Positions 37,257 through 46,099 of a stretch of DNA of 64,000 bases are shown here, one piece after another. Origin of the DNA: Myxococcota bacterium (lineage in GTDB: Bacteria; Myxococcota_A; UBA9160; SZUA-336); assembly GCA_965247115.1 (NCBI GenBank), contig CBDFGR010000003.1, positions 448,001 to 512,000 of the forward strand, in the 5' to 3' direction. How positions within the stretch are numbered: the stretch's first letter is position 1; each line of letters begins with the position of its first letter. The position numbers were made by a program, and so were the translations under genes. The notes beneath the pieces are model-generated. The model was not told the origin of the DNA and did no database searches. It saw only the letters and a program-made list of their open reading frames with translations.

Positions 37257-38038
37257 GTGCGCTCCGCCGCGGAGAGATCGATCCGCAGCCCGAGCTCGCG
37301 CTCACTGCCGTCGCGTAGCGCGACCGTGAGGACCTCGCACTGAAGTCTGCCGCCGCGCAGCTCGTAGGCCACGTCGACGCGCAGCAGCGAGTCCGAGCTC
37401 ACGCCGAGCTCGCGCAGACGCCGATCGAGGGCGCCGAGCAGCGCCGCGTCCAGGCTTGCCGGTGGCAGCAGCACGACTCGAGAGACGCGCGCACCATAGC
37501 GCTCCCGGCCGAGCGCGAGAGCGCTCTGCAGGTGACGGGTGACGTCCCGCGGCCAGCGGCTGAGCTCTTCCCGGAGACCTTCGGCCCCGAGCAGGCCGCT
37601 GCGCGGGTCCACCTCGGCGAGCGCTCGACGCGCCCGCGGGTCGTACACGTAGAACGCGCCCCCCACCTCGAGGACAGCCTCCCGGTAGGCGGCGAAGCCG
37701 ATCCGGATGTAGGTGGCCCGCAGTCGGGGGAAGGCCCCCGCGCGCAGCAGGGCGTCCCCACGCGCGAGGGCCTCGGGATCAGGGCGCAGCGCGGCAGGTT
37801 CGCTCTCCGCCCCGATCTCTGGCTTTGCGAGCTCGGCCCTGGGCGCAGGCGTCTCCCGCACCGGTGGCGCGAGCTCAGGCTCGCTCGGCTCCGCAAGCTC
37901 GATGCGCGCGATCTCGATCGCGCGCACAGCAGCAGTAGCGACGCTGGGCTTGCTGCGCTGCGCGCCGCCAGCGCGGAAGAGCAAGATCACGCTGAGCGCG
38001 ACCGCTATCGTGACCGCCCACTCGAGCGTGCGCCTCAC
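37253..38038 (-). CDS. Bitopic membrane protein with TonB/TolA-like layout (TM, Pro/Glu-rich linker, globular C-domain)
   Basis: GTG start overlapping the upstream stop (GTGA); TM WAVTIAVALSVILLF; linker EPSEPELAPPVRETPAP; ATGA coupling to the SLT gene. Confidence 0.7.
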   Translation of the reverse strand: MRRTLEWAVTIAVALSVILLFRAGGAQRSKPSVATAAVRAIEIARIELAEPSEPELAPPVRETPAPRAELAKPEIGAESEPAALRPDPEALARGDALLRAGAFPRLRATYIRIGFAAYREAVLEVGGAFYVYDPRARRALAEVDPRSGLLGAEGLREELSRWPRDVTRHLQSALALGRERYGARVSRVVLLPPASLDAALLGALDRRLRELGVSSDSLLRVDVAYELRGGRLQCEVLTVALRDGSERELGLRIDLSAAERT

Positions 38039-38445
38039 GGGCTCGGCCCACGTGCGAGGTCCATGACACGATCGAGTCGCGAACGGATCTCCTCTGCCTG
38101 AAGCCGGCTCAGCTCGCGCGCCGACGTCGGCTCGGGGTGCAACGCCGAAGCTCCTCCCTCGGGCAGGAGCGACCCAACCGAGTCTTCCGACGGACCGAGA
38201 TCCGGCTCGAACTCCCGGCGAGCGGATACGTCCGGCAGGCCGGCATGGGTCGCGTCGAGCGTCGAGGACTCGAGCTGGCTCGGGCGCGCCGCGAGCTCCG
38301 CGGTCTCGGTAAGGGCATCCAGCGCGTCCGCCACGCCCTCGCTCACGCGGGCGGCCGGCTCGCGCCAGCTGCCTGTGTCGAGCGCCAGGTCGACCCCCCA
38401 GATGACGAGGGCCGCGCTCCCCAGCGTCGCGAGCAGGCGGATCAT
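38035..38445 (-). CDS. Small membrane-anchored protein (TM, acidic linker, C-terminal helix)
   Basis: ATGA overlap upstream and GTGA overlap downstream; hydrophobic N-terminus. Confidence 0.7.
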   Translation of the reverse strand: MIRLLATLGSAALVIWGVDLALDTGSWREPAARVSEGVADALDALTETAELAARPSQLESSTLDATHAGLPDVSARREFEPDLGPSEDSVGSLLPEGGASALHPEPTSARELSRLQAEEIRSRLDRVMDLARGPSP

Positions 38446-38954
38446 CCGCCGACCTCGAGCGGCGGGAGCAGCCGCCGCAGATCACGCGGGATCCGTGCAG
38501 ACCCCGTCATCTGACCGCAGAGACGATCCCGAATGGCCAGATGGACGAAGAGCTCACCGGCCGCCTTCTCGCTGCGACTCGCCTCGCGCTCCCAGGCTCC
38601 CACAGCCTGGATGTAGAGCTCTCGATCCCCCGCCCGGAGCGCGCTGCGCGCCGCAAGGCGCTGGCAGGCGCGGCGCAGGTCGCGCTCCACCCTGGGGTCC
38701 GCCACGTCGCCCGCGAGCAGACACATACGGGCCGCCCCGGCGTAGTCAGGGCCGCCGGTCCGCTCCGGGTCGAGCAGATGAAGCGCCGCCTCGGCCAGCT
38801 CGCCGGGGCGCGACGGGTCGGCGTCCTCCGGGGAGAGGGCCTTCGCGGGATCGGAGGGCATGCTGTAGAGCCCCGGGGCGGGACGGACCGAGGCACAGCC
38901 TGCGAGCAGCAGTATGGACAGGGCGAGAGAGTGCAATTTCGGGGCTTCGGTCAC
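38442..38954 (-). CDS. Helical (TPR-like) lipoprotein, first gene of the operon
   Basis: AGGAGG RBS, lipobox LLLAGC. Confidence 0.75.
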   Translation of the reverse strand: MTEAPKLHSLALSILLLAGCASVRPAPGLYSMPSDPAKALSPEDADPSRPGELAEAALHLLDPERTGGPDYAGAARMCLLAGDVADPRVERDLRRACQRLAARSALRAGDRELYIQAVGAWEREASRSEKAAGELFVHLAIRDRLCGQMTGSARIPRDLRRLLPPLEVGG

Positions 38955-39195
38955 TGGCTTCCTCCTGCCGGTCGGGGCTCTCTACCAGCCTCACCCTGGC
39001 GCTCTGGCGTTTCGACGCCGCCCGCCACCGGCGCGGGATGCTCGAGTGAGCCCGCGTTTCGGGACTGTCTGAAACACGCAGCTCACGCCGCGACGAGACC
39101 ATGCTGCAACGGTTAACAGCTCCAGCGCTTCGGTCGGGGCCGAATACCCGCTACAGGCCGAGCGCCTAACTGTGTGAGACTTGGAGGACCCGCCC

Positions 39196-40626
39196 ATGCC
39201 AGACGCAGAGAGGCAGCCTGACCTTCGAGATCAGCTTGCCGGAGCCGCCCAGGGAATCGCAGCGAAGCTGGTCGGAGATCCACAGCGGAGAGCCGAGAGC
39301 CTCGGCGAGATCTTCCTCGCCTGCGAGCAGACCGTCCGCGAGCACCCGGACGAGTGCCGCGAGGCGCTTGCAGTCGGCACCCTCGAGAGCTTTCTCTTGC
39401 CCTGCGTCCGGGCCAGCTTGCGCCGTGGCGAACCGTCGCCGCCGCGCGGCGGCTGGCTCGGGACCTTCATGAGCGTCGACGGGCGCCCCATCGAGCCCGA
39501 CGAGGCAGAGGATCCCGGTAGCCTGGACCGGGGCGCACTGGAGCTGAGTGAGCGGGCACTCCACCGCGCCATTTCAACCGCGGCAGCGGAGGGCAACGAG
39601 ACGTTGCTGCGCAACCTGCGCTGGTATCAGGAGCGGCTCGCCCACAAATCGTACGACGCCATCGCTCGAGAACAGGGGCGGATCCCGGCGACGGTGCGAA
39701 CAGGCGTGGCACGCGCCAGAAAGTTCGTGCTGCGCGCCGTCCACGAGCTCAGGAGCGCTCAGCCCGCACCGCTCTCCGGAGAAGCTCCGGCGGAGCTCGA
39801 GCCGCTGCGACAGCTCTGGGTAGACCAGGAGCTCGACGCGCTGGCCCGGGAGATGGAGCGGACCCGAGCCACGCACTCCGACGACGCCCACTGGCTCAAC
39901 CTGGCTGCACTGCTGGCAGGGGAGCGGGGCACGAAGGAGCAGGCGGAGGGGCTCTTCGAGAAGGCGCTCGTGTTCGCTGATGCTCCGAGTGTGCGCGGAC
40001 GGATCCTGAACAACCTGGGCAATCACGTCGAGGACCTCGGCGATGCCGACTCGGCGGTCGCGTACTGGTTGCGCGCCACGCAGCTGGTCCCGCACGCTCC
40101 TGCACCCCTCGTAAACCTGCTCGCGGCCGCGTCCGGGCGGAAGGACTACCCGGCTGCTCAGCACTACATCACCCAGCTCGGCGATCTCTTGAGCTCGGGT
40201 CACCTGCGGTCCGAGGAGAGGTCCTACCTGTGTCGCCGCCTGGCCGAGCATCCGAAGCTCGCCTGGCTGCGCGATACGGACGCGTGGCGCGTCGGTCCCG
40301 CCCGCTGGATCCGAGCCGCGCGCGCAGCTCGGTCCTTGACGGTCGCGGCCGCGGCAGCGGCAACTGCCGCGCTGGCCCTGCTCGTCCTGCTGACCCCGCA
40401 GCCCGCGGCGGCCTCAAGCCCGTCCGAGGCGGTGCTGCAAACCGTCGCTGCGGCGACGCTCGGCGACAGCATGAGCTTCCAGCGCGGCCGGGGCGGCGAC
40501 TCGATGGGCAAGCCACCGAAGAAGCTCCGCCCGGACGACGTGCACCTGCGGCACATGTTCCTCGCCGGCGACTCGATGGGTCGGAGCGGCTCGGGCAGAG
40601 GAGGCTCGCGACCGCGCGGCTCCTGA
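39196..40626 (+). CDS. Divergent ECF sigma-70-like protein fused to TPR repeats, a TM/signal-like segment and a GDSM-repeat tail
   Basis: GGAGG RBS; sigma2-like AAKLVGDPQRRAESLGEIFL; sigma4 HTH KSYDAIAREQGRIPATVRTGVARARK; TPR ILNNLGN...AVAYWLRA; hydrophobic LTVAAAAAATAALALLVLL. Confidence 0.75.
   Translation: MPDAERQPDLRDQLAGAAQGIAAKLVGDPQRRAESLGEIFLACEQTVREHPDECREALAVGTLESFLLPCVRASLRRGEPSPPRGGWLGTFMSVDGRPIEPDEAEDPGSLDRGALELSERALHRAISTAAAEGNETLLRNLRWYQERLAHKSYDAIAREQGRIPATVRTGVARARKFVLRAVHELRSAQPAPLSGEAPAELEPLRQLWVDQELDALAREMERTRATHSDDAHWLNLAALLAGERGTKEQAEGLFEKALVFADAPSVRGRILNNLGNHVEDLGDADSAVAYWLRATQLVPHAPAPLVNLLAAASGRKDYPAAQHYITQLGDLLSSGHLRSEERSYLCRRLAEHPKLAWLRDTDAWRVGPARWIRAARAARSLTVAAAAAATAALALLVLLTPQPAAASSPSEAVLQTVAAATLGDSMSFQRGRGGDSMGKPPKKLRPDDVHLRHMFLAGDSMGRSGSGRGGSRPRGS
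40462..40581 (+). repeat. Three GDSM(S/G) peptide repeats in the C-terminal tail
   Basis: GDSMS 40462-40476, GDSMG 40495-40509, GDSMG 40567-40581. Confidence 0.85.
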
Positions 40627-40661
40627 GAGCGCGCGCCCGCGCGCCAGTCTAGACTCCCCGG

Positions 40662-41489
40662 ATGAGTTCCGGGGGGGAGAGCGCGGCCCTGGCTGGGTGG
40701 CGAGCCAGGCTCCACGAGATCATCTTCGAAGCGGACACTCGCGCAGGCAAGGCCTTCGACGTGGGACTGCTGCTCACGATTACAGCCAGCCTCGTCGCGG
40801 TCAGCCTCGAGACGGTGTCGCCTTACGGGACCGAGCACGGGCGCACGCTGCGACTCCTGGAATGGGGCTTCACGCTCGTATTCAGCGCCGAGTACGCCTT
40901 GCGGCTCTTCTGTGTGCAGCGCCCGCTCGCCTACGCGCGCAGCTTCTACGGGATCGTGGACCTGCTGGCCATCTTCCCGACGTACCTGAGCGTGCTGTTC
41001 CCCGGTGCGCAGTCCTTCCTGATCGTTCGCGCGCTGCGCCTGCTGCGCGTGTTCCGGATCTTCAAGCTGGCCCGCTTCGTGGGCGAGATGGAAGTGCTGC
41101 GGACCGCCCTGCGCCAGAGCCGGCGCAAGATCACCGTGTTCGTGATCACGCTGCTCACGATTGTCGCCATCATGGGCGCCCTGATGTACCTGATCGAGGG
41201 TGACGAGTCCGGATTCACGAGCATCCCGCGCGGGATGTACTGGGCGATCGTGACCATGACCACCGTCGGATACGGGGATATCTCGCCCCAGACGCCGCTG
41301 GGACAGGTCGTAGCCTCTGTCTTGATGGTGATGGGCTACGGGCTTCTTGCCATTCCCACGGGGATCTTCTCCGCCGAGCTGATCGAGCTGACGCGGAAGC
41401 CGGTCAGCACACAGGTCTGTCCCAGCTGCTCGGCGGAAGGCCACGACGCCGATGCCGTCTACTGCAAATTCTGTGGCGTGGGTCTCTAG
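40662..41489 (+). CDS. Voltage-gated-type potassium channel (6TM)
   Basis: S4 RALRLLRVFRIFK, filter TTVGYGD, C-terminal CPSC...CKFC Zn ribbon. Confidence 0.93.
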   Translation: MSSGGESAALAGWRARLHEIIFEADTRAGKAFDVGLLLTITASLVAVSLETVSPYGTEHGRTLRLLEWGFTLVFSAEYALRLFCVQRPLAYARSFYGIVDLLAIFPTYLSVLFPGAQSFLIVRALRLLRVFRIFKLARFVGEMEVLRTALRQSRRKITVFVITLLTIVAIMGALMYLIEGDESGFTSIPRGMYWAIVTMTTVGYGDISPQTPLGQVVASVLMVMGYGLLAIPTGIFSAELIELTRKPVSTQVCPSCSAEGHDADAVYCKFCGVGL

Positions 41490-41551
41490 GGGCGCCGCGC
41501 CGAAGGTCGCCTGCGGGCCCGGCGTTTGTTGTTCGAGCTTGCATAGCACTG

Positions 41552-41560
41552 TGATATGGT
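41552..41560 (+). promoter_or_regulatory. Possible extended -10 promoter for the RRM gene
   Basis: TG-A-TATGGT in a locally AT-richer intergenic stretch about 80 bp upstream of the start. Confidence 0.3.
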
Positions 41561-41638
41561 CGGACCACGGGACGCGAGGGCTCCGCGCTCGGAGGGACCG
41601 GCGCGGGAACTTCAAAGCTCGTGTTTGAGGAACGTAGT

Positions 41639-41950
41639 TTGGCCAAGAAGCTATACGTAGGGAATATTTCGTTCACGACGACCGAGGTCGAGCTTCGAGA
41701 GGTGTTCGAGAAGCACGGAGCCCTGGAGTCGGTCAACGTGATCACGGACCGGGAGACGGGCCGGTCGCGTGGATTCGCATTCGTCGAGTTCGCAGAGGAG
41801 AGCGGCGCGCAAGCCGCTCAGCAAGCTCTGGACGGCACGGAGCTGAGCGGGCGGAGTCTGCGTGTGAATGAGGCTCACGACCGTGGGCGTGGCGGTGGCG
41901 GTGGCGGCGGCGGTGGTGGCCGCGGCGGCTACGGGCGAGATCGCTACTGA
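41639..41950 (+). CDS. RRM (RNP-1) RNA-binding protein with Gly-rich tail
   Basis: KLYVGNI (RNP2), RSRGFAFVEF (RNP1); TTG start after GAGG. Confidence 0.93.
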   Translation: MAKKLYVGNISFTTTEVELREVFEKHGALESVNVITDRETGRSRGFAFVEFAEESGAQAAQQALDGTELSGRSLRVNEAHDRGRGGGGGGGGGGRGGYGRDRY

Positions 41951-42032
41951 CACGAACCCCTCGCGCGCCCTCTGCGCGCTGAGGTGCTCCCGGGGCTGGA
42001 TCCGAGCTCCTCGGACGTGGGCTGCGCTCGCG

Positions 42033-42359
42033 GTGAGTACGCTCGGGCTCGCGCTCGTCTCCGCCACGTGCGCGCCATATCAGAACGTGGGAATCGACAG
42101 CCGACCGGCTGCGGCCGAGGTCTTCGTCGACGGCTTCCGGATCGGTCAGACGCCGGTCCGAATTCCGATCGGAACCCTGAGCGACCACAAGGTCTACCTG
42201 AAGAAGGAGGGCTACCGCCCCGAGCTCGTCATCCTGACGCTGCGTGAGCCGCCCGACCGCCTCAACTTCCTGACCCCGCCCGACATCTTTGTCACGCTCG
42301 TCCCCCTGGACGACAGGTCCATCGGCAGCGACCTCCAGATCGAGCCGGAGGAGGACTAA
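42033..42359 (+). CDS. PEGA-domain probable lipoprotein (start uncertain)
   Basis: IDSRPAAAEVFVDG..IGQTP...H.V.LKKEGY. Confidence 0.75.
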   Translation: MSTLGLALVSATCAPYQNVGIDSRPAAAEVFVDGFRIGQTPVRIPIGTLSDHKVYLKKEGYRPELVILTLREPPDRLNFLTPPDIFVTLVPLDDRSIGSDLQIEPEED

Positions 42360-43936
42360 GAGAGGCCGAGGCGGGGGCGGGCCGAGTAGCCGAGCTCGGC
42401 CTCGAGAACCATTCCTACACGACAGAGTGTTGATTCGTCGTAGAGGCGTCCGTGGAGCGTCAGCGCCGCGGGCGTGCCATCCACACGAAAGCCGACGGGG
42501 AGGGTCAAAGACGGGTGGCCGGTCGCGTTCGTGATCGGCGAGAAGCCGGCTCCCATCCCCGGCGCCACAAGGATCTCGGTCTGCTCGAAGAGATCGCGCA
42601 TCGCCCCCATGGCGTTCCTGCGCAGCCGCTGCAGCTGCACGTACTCGACTGCCGACGTGTAGTGGGCTGTGCGAAAGCTGTTCGGCCACGAGCGCGCCTC
42701 CTGCTGGCGCAGCTCGTCGTCGCGGTTCGTGAGTGTGAGCTCCTGAAAGGCGGCCGCCGCCTCGACGAAGAGCAGCGTCAGCACCACCTCGTACGACAAC
42801 TCCGGCGCGGTGATCTCCACGAGCTCGAGTCCGCTGCGTTCGAGAGCAGAGAGCGCTTCCCGTTCACTCGCTCCCGCCTTGGGTTCCGCGAACCACTCGG
42901 GAACGTATCCCACGCGGCCCCCGGCCACGGCGGCATCCGCGTCGAAGCCGAAGCAGACATCGACGGCATCGGGATCGCCCTCGTGGCTGCCGTGGATGGC
43001 GTCAAGCACGACGGCGGTGTCCTCCACACTCCTGCAGATGGGCCCGAGCTTGTCGAGCGACCAGCACAGGGTCATGGAGCCGGTGCGCGGAACGCGTCCG
43101 AACGTGGGCCGCAGCCCGACCGCCCCGCACGTCATCGACGGGCTGGCGATCGAGCCCAGCGTCTCGCTGCCAATGGCAAAGCCGACGAGACCGGCCGCCA
43201 CGGCGGCTGCCGACCCGGCGCTCGAGCCGCCAGAGCCCTGCTCGAGCTTCCAGGGGTTCCGCGTCTTGCCGCCGAACCAGACGTCGCCCATCGCCAGCTC
43301 GCCGAGGCTGAGCTTTGCGACGAGAACCGCTCCAGCGTTGGTCAGGCGACGGACGACCTCGGCATCCTCGTCGGGAACGCGGTCGCGAAACGGCGCCGCT
43401 CCGAAGGTCGTGGCGATCCCCGCGGTGTCCAGCAGGTCTTTCGCTCCCCACGGAACGCCGTGGAGCGGCCCCCGGTACCGGCCAGCAGCGATCTCCGCGT
43501 CCGCACGCTCCGCCGCCCCAAGCGCGCTGTCTTCGGTCAGGGTGACCACACACTCGAGCTGGGCGTCCGCTTTGGCGAGCCTGGTCAGGTAGAGCCGCGT
43601 CAGCTCCACGCTGCTGAGCTCTCGACGCTCGAGCCAGCGCGAGAGCTGCGAGAGCGGAGCAAAGGCGATGTCCTCTCCTGCCGTCGGAACCCGCGCGGAC
43701 GACGGGGAGGAGCGAACGAGGGGACGCAACTCGCGCTCGAAGCTCATGCCGGGCAGTACGGGGGTAAAGCCGGTCGCCGGTCCGAGGCCGTTTGGAAGCT
43801 CGACCTGGCGCCGCTTCGCGTAGGCCCGGAGCGGGAGCTCGATCGAAGCGAGCACGAGCTCGCGCTCGTCTTCGGTGAACTCGAGCCCGAGCAGCTCCTC
43901 TGCGGCGGCCAGTGATGAAGTCGTGAGTGAGCTCAC
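42356..43936 (-). CDS. Amidase-signature family enzyme
   Basis: GPLHGVPWGAKD (Lys), GGSSAGS, GSETLGSI Ser-cisSer-Lys motifs; start inferred. Confidence 0.9.
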   Translation of the reverse strand: MSSLTTSSLAAAEELLGLEFTEDERELVLASIELPLRAYAKRRQVELPNGLGPATGFTPVLPGMSFERELRPLVRSSPSSARVPTAGEDIAFAPLSQLSRWLERRELSSVELTRLYLTRLAKADAQLECVVTLTEDSALGAAERADAEIAAGRYRGPLHGVPWGAKDLLDTAGIATTFGAAPFRDRVPDEDAEVVRRLTNAGAVLVAKLSLGELAMGDVWFGGKTRNPWKLEQGSGGSSAGSAAAVAAGLVGFAIGSETLGSIASPSMTCGAVGLRPTFGRVPRTGSMTLCWSLDKLGPICRSVEDTAVVLDAIHGSHEGDPDAVDVCFGFDADAAVAGGRVGYVPEWFAEPKAGASEREALSALERSGLELVEITAPELSYEVVLTLLFVEAAAAFQELTLTNRDDELRQQEARSWPNSFRTAHYTSAVEYVQLQRLRRNAMGAMRDLFEQTEILVAPGMGAGFSPITNATGHPSLTLPVGFRVDGTPAALTLHGRLYDESTLCRVGMVLEAELGYSARPRLGLS

Positions 43937-44007
43937 CAGCAGATTGTAACCCGCTCCGAGTGGGGCACAGTTTGCGCGCCTCTGGACGGCTGCTCTAGGG
44001 TTGCGCC

Positions 44008-44775
44008 ATGAAGCTCGCCACCTGGAACGTGAACTCCGTGCGCGCCAGGCACGACCGCCTGCTCGCCTTTCTCGAGCGGCACGATCCGGACGTCGTCTGC
44101 CTGCAGGAGACGAAGGTCGTCGACGGTTCGTTCCCCAGCGACGAGATCCGACGTGTCGGTTACGAGTCGACGTTGCTGGGCCAGAAGACGTACAACGGCG
44201 TCGCGATCCTCTCGCGTCGGCCGCCCGAAGACGTGAAGCGAGGCTTCGAGGACGGGAGCGACGATTCACAGGCGCGCATGATCGCCGCGAGCATCGAGGG
44301 CATCCGCTGCGTGTGCGTGTACGTCCCGAACGGCAGGAGCGTGGGGAGCGAGAGCTACGAGTACAAGCTCGACTGGCTGGCGCGCCTGCGCGATTTCCTC
44401 GAGAAGGACTCGAGCCCGGAGCATCCGCTCGCATTGCTCGGCGACTTCAACGTCGCTCCTGCCGATCTCGACGTCCACGATCCCGCGGTCTGGCGAGGAG
44501 AGATCCTGTGCAGTGACGCCGAACGGGAGGCATTCGCCGAGCTCGGGTCCTGGGGCCTCACCGACAGCTTCCGAGCCCTCCATCCGGACGAGCAGAAATT
44601 CACCTGGTGGGACTACCGTCGGCTCGCGTTCCCCAAAGCCCGCGGCCTGCGAATCGACCACATCCTGCTCACGCCACCGCTAACAGAACGGCTGCAGGAG
44701 GTCGTAGTGGACCGAGACGAACGCAAGGGCAAGGGACCATCCGACCACGCCCCCGTGCTCGCGATCCTGGACTGA
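44008..44775 (+). CDS. xth: Exodeoxyribonuclease III
   Basis: TWNVNS, LQETK, YVPNG, GDFN, WWDYR, RIDH, SDHAPV. Confidence 0.95.
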   Translation: MKLATWNVNSVRARHDRLLAFLERHDPDVVCLQETKVVDGSFPSDEIRRVGYESTLLGQKTYNGVAILSRRPPEDVKRGFEDGSDDSQARMIAASIEGIRCVCVYVPNGRSVGSESYEYKLDWLARLRDFLEKDSSPEHPLALLGDFNVAPADLDVHDPAVWRGEILCSDAEREAFAELGSWGLTDSFRALHPDEQKFTWWDYRRLAFPKARGLRIDHILLTPPLTERLQEVVVDRDERKGKGPSDHAPVLAILD

Positions 44776-44776
44776 C

Positions 44777-46030
44777 TCACTCCGTGTCGGGCAGGAGTGG
44801 TGCGGGCTTGCCGAAAAGCCAGCCCTGCCCGAACTCGATCCCGAGTTTACCGAGCGTGCGCAGCTCCTCGAGCCTGGAGAGCCCCTCGCCGATGATCCTT
44901 GCGCTCGTATCCTCGGCGATCGCCTGGAAAGCGCGCACCATGTTCTGCCGGGCAGGATCCTCGTCGATACCCTGGACGAACGCGCGGTCGATCTTGATGA
45001 ACTCCGGCGCGAGCTCTAGCACGGCCTCCAACGAGGCGTACCCCGCCCCCGTATCATCCAGCGCGAACGTGAAGCCAAGCTTCCCGTACGCATCACGCGC
45101 CTCGCGAAAGATCTCGTAGTTCTCGATCGACTCCTGCTCCGAGATCTCGAACACCACGTCGCTCGGGCTCAGCCCACAGTGGTCGAGCGTGGCGGTGAGC
45201 GCATCGGGCTGAAAACTCGGGTCATGGATCGCAGTCGGACGGATGTTGATGAACAGCTTCACCTGCTCGGGGAAGTCGATCGCTCCCTCGATCGCCTTTT
45301 GCCTGCACAGGCAGTCGAGCTCGAATGTCAGGTTCTCGCGCTCGGCGAGGCCAAAGAGCGCCAGCGGCGAGGACAGCCCGCTGCCTGCCGGACCGCGCGC
45401 GAGCGCCTCGTACCCGAACACCGTGAAATCGTTGGCGTACACGATCGGCTCGTAGACCGACCGCAGCCGGCCCGACACGATGATGTCCAGGAGCTCGCGC
45501 CGATTGTCGCGAATGCAGAGGCTGGCGTTCAGCTCAGCGTCGCGCCGCGCCGCGCGGAGCGCGTCCCGCAGCTGCGTGGCGCCGGAGACGAGCGGGTTGC
45601 GCAGCACGAACGCCAACCCGACGGACAGCGCCGGGGTCTCGCGCAGGTACGGATAGACGACCCGCTGACCGGTGCGCTCGATGCGCTCCCTGATCACCTT
45701 GGCGAGCTGGGGAAGCCCTTCGCGGTAGAATGGTGCGTCGCCAGGATCGCGCGCCAGGCAGAGGATGACCTCGCTGCGGCCCACCTCGCCGGAGGCGAGT
45801 AGCTCACCGCCGCCGAAGTCCTCCTCGCAGACGGACTTCACGATGCCAGCCAGAGTGCAGAGGGCCCGGCTGTGGGCCTCGTGACCATAGCGGCGCTCGA
45901 TCTGATCGAGCGGGCTGGCGTCGATGGTGATGACTCCCAGCGCGCCCGCAGCCGAGAAACGCTTCTCGATCTCGGCGCTCACGTCCCCCAGAGGGAGGAT
46001 GAATTCCAGAATGGCGGGAGTGTCCGGCAT
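44777..46030 (-). CDS. EAL c-di-GMP phosphodiesterase with degenerate GGDEF-like N-domain
   Basis: YEALAR, FINI, FEISE, ALDDTGAGY, IKID, IGEG, QGW. Confidence 0.9.
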   Translation of the reverse strand: MPDTPAILEFILPLGDVSAEIEKRFSAAGALGVITIDASPLDQIERRYGHEAHSRALCTLAGIVKSVCEEDFGGGELLASGEVGRSEVILCLARDPGDAPFYREGLPQLAKVIRERIERTGQRVVYPYLRETPALSVGLAFVLRNPLVSGATQLRDALRAARRDAELNASLCIRDNRRELLDIIVSGRLRSVYEPIVYANDFTVFGYEALARGPAGSGLSSPLALFGLAERENLTFELDCLCRQKAIEGAIDFPEQVKLFINIRPTAIHDPSFQPDALTATLDHCGLSPSDVVFEISEQESIENYEIFREARDAYGKLGFTFALDDTGAGYASLEAVLELAPEFIKIDRAFVQGIDEDPARQNMVRAFQAIAEDTSARIIGEGLSRLEELRTLGKLGIEFGQGWLFGKPAPLLPDTE

Positions 46031-46099
46031 GGTCCCCAGGCATCTCGAGGTAGTGGATCACCCTCGGCATCGGCAGCTGCGGGGACATCGTTGAGGACG

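Noticed and set aside
40462..40581. GDSM as a LexA/S24-S26 peptidase or GDSL lipase catalytic motif
   Set aside because: It occurs three times in a short low-complexity tail with no room for a catalytic domain.
41885..41930. GGC/GGT trinucleotide run as a contingency repeat
   Set aside because: It encodes the ordinary Gly-rich tail of bacterial RRM proteins.
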